The position numbers and the translations under genes are program-made. A stretch of 34,534 bases of DNA from a virus (taxonomy: Duplodnaviria; Caudoviricetes): positions 1 to 34,534 of IMG/VR virus record IMGVR_UViG_3300012953_000096, one strand, 5' to 3'. The notes under the pieces are model-generated. The model did no database searches. It was not told the origin of the DNA and worked only from the letters and a program-made list of their open reading frames with translations. Numbering within the stretch: position 1 is the stretch's first letter; each line of letters begins with the position of its first letter. Below are positions 28,092 to 34,534 of the stretch, one piece after another.

Positions 28092-28256
28092 ATGAGTAAT
28101 TGGATAGCAAATCGAATCAAAGAAGGTTCAACACATCAAGGAGCAATCGTTGTTGCTGCTGCTGTTGCGGTCATTTGGTTCGCAATTCCATTGACTAAGG
28201 TAATTCTTTGGGGTGCTCTCGCATGGGGCATCTGGTCAATTTTAAAGGAAAACTAA
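28092..28256 (+). CDS. Putative two-TM holin-like protein (54 aa, not in ORF track)
   Basis: SD GGAG; MSNWIANRIKEGSTHQG followed by two hydrophobic helices. Confidence 0.6.
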   Translation: MSNWIANRIKEGSTHQGAIVVAAAVAVIWFAIPLTKVILWGALAWGIWSILKEN

Positions 28257-28257
28257 A

Positions 28258-28692
28258 ATGGGTGAGTTGGAAACAGAGGTCAAACTTCTTAAAAAAGAGT
28301 TGCAAGACCAAACTAAAATTAATGGTCGTTTGGACATAGCAATAGAAAAGTTGACTGATGTTTCCAACTGCATCAACCGATTACTGGCAGTGCATGAAGA
28401 AAAGATTGCAAGACAAGAAGAATCAATAGTGGTTGCAGAACAACAAATAGAAGTACGTAGAACAGAACTAACTGCAAAAATAGATGAATTACACTCAAGA
28501 ATAACTACAAACACTAAAGAAATAATGACTGCGGCCGCACAACAACATGAAGCACAGAATAAAGAAATACAGAAGATAAAAGATGAATTAGTTGCCAGAG
28601 TAGGAGTACTAGAGAAGTGGAGACACGTTCTTATTGGTGGTTCTATTGTGATAGGATTTTTATTACACAAATTTATGGAATTTGGGGGTTGA
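28258..28692 (+). CDS. Coiled-coil protein with a C-terminal TM helix
   Basis: RLDIAIEKL...LAVHEEKI...LEKWRHVLIGGSIVIGFLL. Confidence 0.7.
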   Translation: MGELETEVKLLKKELQDQTKINGRLDIAIEKLTDVSNCINRLLAVHEEKIARQEESIVVAEQQIEVRRTELTAKIDELHSRITTNTKEIMTAAAQQHEAQNKEIQKIKDELVARVGVLEKWRHVLIGGSIVIGFLLHKFMEFGG

Positions 28693-28717
28693 CAAAACCT
28701 CTCCAGTGATATATTAT
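28689..28717 (+). promoter_or_regulatory. Sigma70-type promoter of primase
   Basis: TTGACA (28689-28694), 17 bp, TATTAT (28712-28717). Confidence 0.75.
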
Positions 28718-28724
28718 CTGTTAT

Positions 28725-29726
28725 ATGAATTCATACATTGATATAAAATACGTAAGTCTAATATCCCCCTTTCTGCAACAATTCAAAAAGAAGGGGGATT
28801 TTCTATGGAATTTTAGGTGTCCTTACTGTGGAGACTCCCAGAAGTCTCGCACCAAGGCAAGAGGATTCCTGTATCGTAAGAAGAATGACCTATTCTATAA
28901 ATGTCATAACTGCGGTGTGGGAACAACACTTGGTAAATTAATTGAGTTCCTAGACTCAAAAACTTACAAAGACTATATAATGGAACGATATAAATCAGGG
29001 GTCAAAACAAACAACCCTGAGCCGGAGTTTACATTCGATGCACCTGTTTTCCGAAAAAAATCCATCCTCAGAGGTCTTCAATCTATCTCTGAACTTGAAT
29101 CGGATCATCCTGCTAGAAAAATCGTTGATAAAAGAAAGTTACCCAATGAGTCGCTTAGGGATATCTACCTATGCAACTCGTTTTATAAGTTCACGAATAA
29201 TTTAATACCGAATAAGTTCCCTTCCTTGGATGGAGATCACCCAAGGTTGTTGATACCGTTTCGTGATGAACAAGGAGAAATATTTGCATATCAAGGAAGA
29301 GCATTCGGAAAAGAAAAACCAAAGTACATAACGATTAAGTTAGAGGATCGTGATAAGATTTTTGGTCTTGATCGTATAGACAAAAAGAAACGTGTTTATG
29401 TTGTCGAAGGCCCCCTAGACAGTTTGTTTTTGGATAACAGTATTGCTGTTGCTGGAGCAGACATTCCAAATTTGGATTGCAACTTTACAGTTGTTTTTGA
29501 TAATGAACCAAGAAATAAAGAGATTTGTAAACAGATCGAAAAGAATATAGATAAGGATTACGATATTTGCTTATGGCCAGATAATAATCCTTACAAAGAT
29601 ATAAACGACATGGTACTAGGTGAATTAACGCCAGAAGTCATCATGAATCAAATTAAAGAAAATACCTTTCGGGGAGCGGAAGCCCGATTAAGGTTTGCAG
29701 AATGGAGAAAAATAAATGTCAAATAA
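28725..29726 (+). CDS. gp61: DNA primase
   Basis: Zn finger CPYCGDS...CHNCG; TOPRIM VVEGPLDSLF, VFDNEPRN, KDINDM. Confidence 0.95.
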   Translation: MNSYIDIKYVSLISPFLQQFKKKGDFLWNFRCPYCGDSQKSRTKARGFLYRKKNDLFYKCHNCGVGTTLGKLIEFLDSKTYKDYIMERYKSGVKTNNPEPEFTFDAPVFRKKSILRGLQSISELESDHPARKIVDKRKLPNESLRDIYLCNSFYKFTNNLIPNKFPSLDGDHPRLLIPFRDEQGEIFAYQGRAFGKEKPKYITIKLEDRDKIFGLDRIDKKKRVYVVEGPLDSLFLDNSIAVAGADIPNLDCNFTVVFDNEPRNKEICKQIEKNIDKDYDICLWPDNNPYKDINDMVLGELTPEVIMNQIKENTFRGAEARLRFAEWRKINVK

Positions 29727-31635
29727 TTACCTACCAACAAGTTACCAAGAATTTATACACTTGTCAAGATACTCAAGATGGTTACCAGAAAAAGAACGAA
29801 GAGAAACGTGGGACGAAACGGTAGGAAGATATTTTAATTTCTTTACTGAACACCTAAAAGAACTACATGAATACAAATTAAGCAAATCTCTTAGAGATGA
29901 TTTAGAAGAGGCAGTATTGTCCACTAGTGTAATGCCTTCAATGCGTTGTCTTATGACTGCTGGAGAAGCACTGAAACGTGAGAATATCGCTGGGTATAAC
30001 TGTTCTTATGTTGCAGTTGATCGTCCACAGGCATTCGATGAAATCCTATACGTTCTTATGAATGGAACAGGCGTAGGTTTCAGTGTAGAACGACAATACG
30101 TAAATGAACTTCCTCGCATTGCCGAGGAATTTTTTCCTTCGGATACAGTCATCACAGTTGCAGATAGTAAACTAGGATGGGCAAAGGCGTTCAAAGAATT
30201 GGTAGGTATGTTGTATATCGGACAGATTCCACGTTGGGATTTATCTAAGGTGCGTCCTGCTGGTGCTCCACTTAAAACATTTGGTGGTAGAGCGTCAGGC
30301 CCAGAACCATTAGAAAGTTTGTTTAACTTTACGGTTACTACTTTTCAAAATGCATGTGGTCGTAGATTATCCTCTCTTGAAGCACATGACATTGTGTGTA
30401 AGATTGCAGAGATTGTAGTGGTAGGTGGAGTACGAAGGTCTGCACTGATCTCCCTCTCCAATCTAAGCGATGATCGCATGAGGGATGCAAAGAGTGGACA
30501 ATGGTGGCAGAACCACGGTCAACGTGCTCTTGCAAATAACTCTGCATGTTATACTGAGAAACCAGATATGGGAATTTTCATGAATGAATGGAAGGCTCTT
30601 TATGATTCTAAGTCTGGAGAACGTGGTATCTTCAATCGTGAAAGTGCGGTCAAGATGGCACAAAAGAATGGACGTAGGAATACAGAGGACTATGATTTCG
30701 GTACGAATCCTTGTTCTGAGATTATTCTACGCAATCGTGAGTTCTGTAATCTGTCAGAAGTTGTAGTTCGTGTTACTGACACGAAGGAGTCTCTTTTGAA
30801 GAAGGTTCGTCTTGCAACGATTCTAGGAACATTTCAATCTACACTTGTGAACTTCAAGTACGTATCATCCTCATGGAGAAAGAATTGCGAAGAAGAGAGA
30901 CTTTTAGGAGTCTCTCTTACTGGTATTATGGATAATTCTCTTACAAATGGTAAAGAGGATGGTCTAGAAGAATTACTAGATGCATTAAGAGAGGAAGCAG
31001 TTAAGACAAATAAAGAGTTCGCACAAAAGATAGGAATCAATCAAAGTGTCGCTATAACGTGTGTTAAACCTTCTGGCACAGTCTCACAGTTGGTTGATGC
31101 TGCATCTGGTATTCATGCTCGTCATAATCCTTACTATATTCGTACAGTGCGTGGGGATAAGAAAGACCCACTTACAAAGATGATGGTAGACCAAGGGTTT
31201 CCTGTAGAGGATGACGTTATGAACCCAAGTCATACAGCAGTGTTTTCTTTTCCTATGAAAGTAGATTCTTCTGCTGTATTCCGTACAGATATGACTGCTA
31301 TCGAACAACTTGAACTATGGTTGAAATATCAGAAACATTGGTGTGAGCACAAACCATCTGTTACTATTTCTGTGAAGGAAGAGGAGTGGATGGAAGTGGG
31401 AGCATGGACATATAAGAATTTTGATTATATGTCTGGTGTAAGTTACCTTCCATTTAGTGAACATACATATAAGCAAGCACCGTATCAAGATATTCAGAAA
31501 GAAGAATATGAAGTCCTTCTGAAACAGATGCCTAAAAATGTGGAGTGGAGTAAATTGGCAGAATATGAAAAGACCGATATGACAATAGGGGCACAGGAAC
31601 TTGCCTGTGCAGCTGGGTTCTGTGAAATCCAATAA
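29716..31635 (+). CDS. nrdJ: Class II (adenosylcobalamin-dependent, monomeric RTPR-type) ribonucleotide reductase
   Basis: YNCS, GGVRRSA, TNPCSE, CNLSE, TCVKPSGT, C-terminal CAAGFC redox pair; 639 aa; no nrdB downstream. Confidence 0.85.
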   Translation: MSNNYLPTSYQEFIHLSRYSRWLPEKERRETWDETVGRYFNFFTEHLKELHEYKLSKSLRDDLEEAVLSTSVMPSMRCLMTAGEALKRENIAGYNCSYVAVDRPQAFDEILYVLMNGTGVGFSVERQYVNELPRIAEEFFPSDTVITVADSKLGWAKAFKELVGMLYIGQIPRWDLSKVRPAGAPLKTFGGRASGPEPLESLFNFTVTTFQNACGRRLSSLEAHDIVCKIAEIVVVGGVRRSALISLSNLSDDRMRDAKSGQWWQNHGQRALANNSACYTEKPDMGIFMNEWKALYDSKSGERGIFNRESAVKMAQKNGRRNTEDYDFGTNPCSEIILRNREFCNLSEVVVRVTDTKESLLKKVRLATILGTFQSTLVNFKYVSSSWRKNCEEERLLGVSLTGIMDNSLTNGKEDGLEELLDALREEAVKTNKEFAQKIGINQSVAITCVKPSGTVSQLVDAASGIHARHNPYYIRTVRGDKKDPLTKMMVDQGFPVEDDVMNPSHTAVFSFPMKVDSSAVFRTDMTAIEQLELWLKYQKHWCEHKPSVTISVKEEEWMEVGAWTYKNFDYMSGVSYLPFSEHTYKQAPYQDIQKEEYEVLLKQMPKNVEWSKLAEYEKTDMTIGAQELACAAGFCEIQ

Positions 31636-31790
31636 TGAAATTATATGTATGTGAATCATGTGAAGCTGAGTTTCGTTTGAAACATAATATGAGCGATAAG
31701 TATTACGTAGTTACTTATTGCCCGTTTTGTGGTGACGATCTTAGCGAAGACTTAGAAGATGAGGTAGAATGGGATGAAGAAGAAGATTGA
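31635..31790 (+). CDS. Small Zn-ribbon protein with an acidic tail (51 aa, not in ORF track)
   Basis: CESC...CPFCG then DDLSEDLEDEVEWDEEED; TAATG-coupled to the RNR gene. Confidence 0.7.
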   Translation: MKLYVCESCEAEFRLKHNMSDKYYVVTYCPFCGDDLSEDLEDEVEWDEEED

Positions 31791-32601
31791 TATTTACGAT
31801 GATTTAATTGATGATGAAACACACGCTAAAGTATATGAATGGTGTCAGAGTGTTTCTTGGTATACACGTTGGTTGGGACTACAAGACGTAAAGGGAAGAG
31901 AGTTCAAACCAATTAATGAATATATTCCATCTGTAGATGGTAATCATAATACTAAACATGTGTTAGGTAATAGACAAGACTTTCAGGCAATGTTAGAGTT
32001 GCTCAGATTTACTATGTATCGACATCCTATTGGATGGAGTGATGAAAGTACAAAAGAAAGAAACCCCTTAATTTATAATTTGTGGACAACAATTAATAAT
32101 CATGTGTTTGATGGTAAGGCAACACTAGATGGTATTCCAGAACCAGCAGCAGGATTACGTGGTGCAAAACACTTCTATAAAAACAGAGAAGACTTCTACG
32201 AAAAATATGACGCTCCTCAAAATGTTAGAGAATTTACTGCTTACCTAAATGCAAGGTCTACAGAACAATTAGGTGGAGACATGGTTGGTGGAAGAGTTGG
32301 TCAAATTCATAAAGATACTGATGGTTCTTATGAAGGTGATAATTACTATACAGTTTTGTATATTGCAAATTATAAGTGGATACCAGATTGGGGTGGAGAA
32401 CTTATATATTATGGTGATGAAGAGACAGGTGGGAAACATTGGAAACGTGGATGGGATATAGGATGGCCCGTTAAGATTGTAGGAAATAAACCTAATAGAG
32501 TTGTAGTATACAAACACAATCAAACACACAGTACACAATCACCAAGAGCAAATGCTCCAGAGATGACACAGAAAATTGCGTTTAGAATCAAGGTGAATTG
32601 A
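31774..32601 (+). CDS. 2OG-Fe(II) oxygenase
   Basis: IHKD...WGGELIYY...PNRVVVY...HST...KIAFRI. Confidence 0.8.
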   Translation: MKKKIDIYDDLIDDETHAKVYEWCQSVSWYTRWLGLQDVKGREFKPINEYIPSVDGNHNTKHVLGNRQDFQAMLELLRFTMYRHPIGWSDESTKERNPLIYNLWTTINNHVFDGKATLDGIPEPAAGLRGAKHFYKNREDFYEKYDAPQNVREFTAYLNARSTEQLGGDMVGGRVGQIHKDTDGSYEGDNYYTVLYIANYKWIPDWGGELIYYGDEETGGKHWKRGWDIGWPVKIVGNKPNRVVVYKHNQTHSTQSPRANAPEMTQKIAFRIKVN

Positions 32602-32750
32602 TGTGGAAGTATTGGTGTAGGGCACTAGGTAGTAAGGCCTTTGATGAAGATGATAAGGCAGACAAGGTTGCAATAGTTAGGACAGCGTGGGTGATACTAC
32701 ATATATGTACCTGTATTGCTATTATATTAAATGCGTGGAGACATTGGTAA
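32601..32750 (+). CDS. Small membrane protein (49 aa, not in ORF track)
   Basis: MWKYWCRALGSKA...ADKVAIVRTAWVILHICTCIAIILNAWRHW; overlaps both neighbours by TGATG and TAATG. Confidence 0.65.
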   Translation: MWKYWCRALGSKAFDEDDKADKVAIVRTAWVILHICTCIAIILNAWRHW

Positions 32751-33109
32751 TGAAAACAATTATATGTGATATAGACGGAACTTTATTAGACTACTTACAT
32801 GATAAACCTTCAGATGAACGTGGTGAACACGTTGCATTGCCTGGAGCGATAGAACACATGAGGGAGTGGGAAGTACAAGGTTGTAGAATTATAATTATTA
32901 CAGGACGTAGGGAAAGTGAAAGAGTAAGAACAGAAGCTGAACTAGAAAAACATCGTATTCCTTACGATGTGTTATTGATGGGTTATGCTGATACTGGAAG
33001 AGTTCTTATTAATGATGTAGGTAAATATGGTAACTGTAAGGCACATGCAGTATCATTACCTAGAGATGAAGGATTTAATAAATTTGATTGGAATGAGGTT
33101 GGACTATGA
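32750..33109 (+). CDS. HAD-family phosphatase
   Basis: ICDIDGTL, ITGR, IPYDVLLMG, LINDV. Start at ATG 32750. Confidence 0.8.
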   Translation: MKTIICDIDGTLLDYLHDKPSDERGEHVALPGAIEHMREWEVQGCRIIIITGRRESERVRTEAELEKHRIPYDVLLMGYADTGRVLINDVGKYGNCKAHAVSLPRDEGFNKFDWNEVGL

Positions 33110-33471
33110 AAATAGATTATGCGTTTTGGTGGAGTGAGTTTAGTTGGAAGATGTATGATGCCGCTACTATCATGTTTGACGATAATAAGAATGACTTGAG
33201 GGCATTACCTAAGTCAGTACGACTACAGTTACTAATGACTTTGAGTACAGTGTGGTCTACAGTGTTCAGTGTGTGGGCGTTTGAGACAATATATGGAATG
33301 TCATATGGTTGGGGTGGATTGGTCATAGGTCATCTACTCGCAATTATCGCTACGTATTATACATTCCATTCATTTAAGAATGTCAAGGAGAAGAATAAAA
33401 AATTTGGGACTGTAGTTAATTCTTATGATGAGTGTTATGATTATCTAGAGAAAGTAGATAAATCAAAATGA
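33106..33471 (+). CDS. Two-TM membrane protein
   Basis: Hydrophobic LLMTLSTVWSTVFSVW and GLVIGHLLAIIATYYTF segments. Confidence 0.65.
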   Translation: MKIDYAFWWSEFSWKMYDAATIMFDDNKNDLRALPKSVRLQLLMTLSTVWSTVFSVWAFETIYGMSYGWGGLVIGHLLAIIATYYTFHSFKNVKEKNKKFGTVVNSYDECYDYLEKVDKSK

Positions 33472-33809
33472 AAACACAATCTGCAAAAGCAAAGGGTAGG
33501 CGGTTTCAACAATGGGTACGAGATCAACTAATCGAAGAATTAGGTGTCCATCCAGAAGATATAGAATCTCGCAGTATGGGGGCTGGTGGAGAAGACCTCA
33601 TAATGGCAAGAGCAGCGAGAGAAAAGTTTCCATATTCAATAGAGTGCAAGAACCAAGAGACACTAAACATATGGAAGGCGTATCAACAAGCGACTGAAAA
33701 CTCTGGTGACTATGAACCAGTATGTTTTATTAAACGCAACAACCAGAAACCTTTAGTTGTTGTCGATGCAGAATATTTTGTGAGGTTACATAATGAATTG
33801 GTGGATTGA
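33468..33809 (+). CDS. Holliday-junction-resolvase-like PD-(D/E)xK nuclease
   Basis: SAKAKGRRFQQWV...GEDL...IECKNQE. Confidence 0.75.
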   Translation: MKTQSAKAKGRRFQQWVRDQLIEELGVHPEDIESRSMGAGGEDLIMARAAREKFPYSIECKNQETLNIWKAYQQATENSGDYEPVCFIKRNNQKPLVVVDAEYFVRLHNELVD

Positions 33810-34362
33810 AGAATACAAGAAATATCATGCAGAGTTAGACAGCCATTATCCTGGCGATAACCTAAAACCCCAACTACATCACATAAAGGATTTGGTGCAA
33901 GACACTAAAGCAGAGACACTTCTTGATTATGGGTGTGGTAAAGGATTGCAATATACGAAATGGAAACACCATGAAGAATTGGGTGTTATGCCTTCATTGT
34001 ATGATCCAGCAGTCCCAGAGTTTGAAGAGTTACCAGAAGGTAAGTTTGATGGTGTATACTCTACGGATGTTATGGAACACATTCCTAAAGAACAATTACC
34101 ACAGGTGTTTGGACATATATTCGGTAAGGCACAAAGGTTTGTGTTTCTTGCGATATGTACCAGACCAGCAATTGCAACACTCCCTAGTGGAGAAAATGCA
34201 CATTGTACTGTAGAGCCCATAGGATGGTGGACAACTATGATTGAGAGATATGCACCAAGAAGAGTGTACACTCATGTAAAAACATATGGAGAGTGTAATA
34301 GTTACGAGATACTAAACGAAGACAAGTACCTAGAATGGTACATTGAAAATATTGAGGTATAA
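33793..34362 (+). CDS. Class I SAM-dependent methyltransferase
   Basis: LLDYGCGKG, YDPAV, FDGVYSTDVMEHIP. Confidence 0.85.
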   Translation: MNWWIEEYKKYHAELDSHYPGDNLKPQLHHIKDLVQDTKAETLLDYGCGKGLQYTKWKHHEELGVMPSLYDPAVPEFEELPEGKFDGVYSTDVMEHIPKEQLPQVFGHIFGKAQRFVFLAICTRPAIATLPSGENAHCTVEPIGWWTTMIERYAPRRVYTHVKTYGECNSYEILNEDKYLEWYIENIEV

Positions 34363-34363
34363 T

Positions 34364-34534
34364 ATGGAAGAAATTAAGGAATTTTTTGGTAAGACATGGA
34401 ACCAAACAGAGGTTGATGACCATGTAGTAGATAGGATCATAAATGCCAAGTCAGTTATTGACGTTGGATGTGGGTTTAACCCCTATAAGAAATTTAATCA
34501 TAATCTTGTAGGTGTAGATTTGATCAATGAAGAG
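34364..34534 (+). CDS. Class I SAM-dependent methyltransferase, 5' partial
   Basis: SD GAGG, ATG 34364; VIDVGCGFNPYK...LVGVD; open to the window end. Confidence 0.7.
   Translation, partial: MEEIKEFFGKTWNQTEVDDHVVDRIINAKSVIDVGCGFNPYKKFNHNLVGVDLINEE

Noticed and set aside
3830-31635. Inteins or introns in gp43, gp41, primase or RNR
   Set aside because: The proteins have ordinary lengths and uninterrupted motifs.
32687-32749. N-terminal extension of the HAD ORF in the supplied track
   Set aside because: It overlaps a better 49 aa gene; the HAD motif I placement supports ATG 32750.
1-34534. tRNA, CRISPR array, integrase or IS element, or alternative genetic code
   Set aside because: Intergenic gaps are tiny, no cloverleaf or regular repeats were seen by eye, and the standard code gives intact genes.

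Overview
A 34.5 kb, entirely + strand, AT-rich segment of a T4-like myophage. It resembles marine uncultured T4-like phages, and the spanins imply a Gram-negative host. It carries the replication block (gp45, gp44, gp62, regA, gp43, uvsX, gp41), with two DNA methyltransferases and two orphan genes inserted after the polymerase. A ~13 kb putative late block (13120-25902) follows, in which many proteins begin with T4 internal-protein-like leaders (e.g. MIGFKELITE, MKKFNSFITE) and two are modular polyproteins punctuated by gp21-protease-like (L/I/V)-x-E sites. After that come a lysis cassette, primase, a class II (B12) ribonucleotide reductase and several 2OG-Fe(II) oxygenases and methyltransferases. 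The strongest candidates for something new are: (1) a putative head-packaged, protease-processed enzyme kit (ligase-fold nucleotidyltransferase, HIGH nucleotidyltransferase/HNH polyprotein, HAD nucleotidase); (2) a methyltransferase with the same C-terminal clamp-binding-like tail as the polymerase, joined to it by a slippery T8 run; (3) apparently leaderless polymerase and primase mRNAs. All family calls come from reading motifs and recall; no database search was run.
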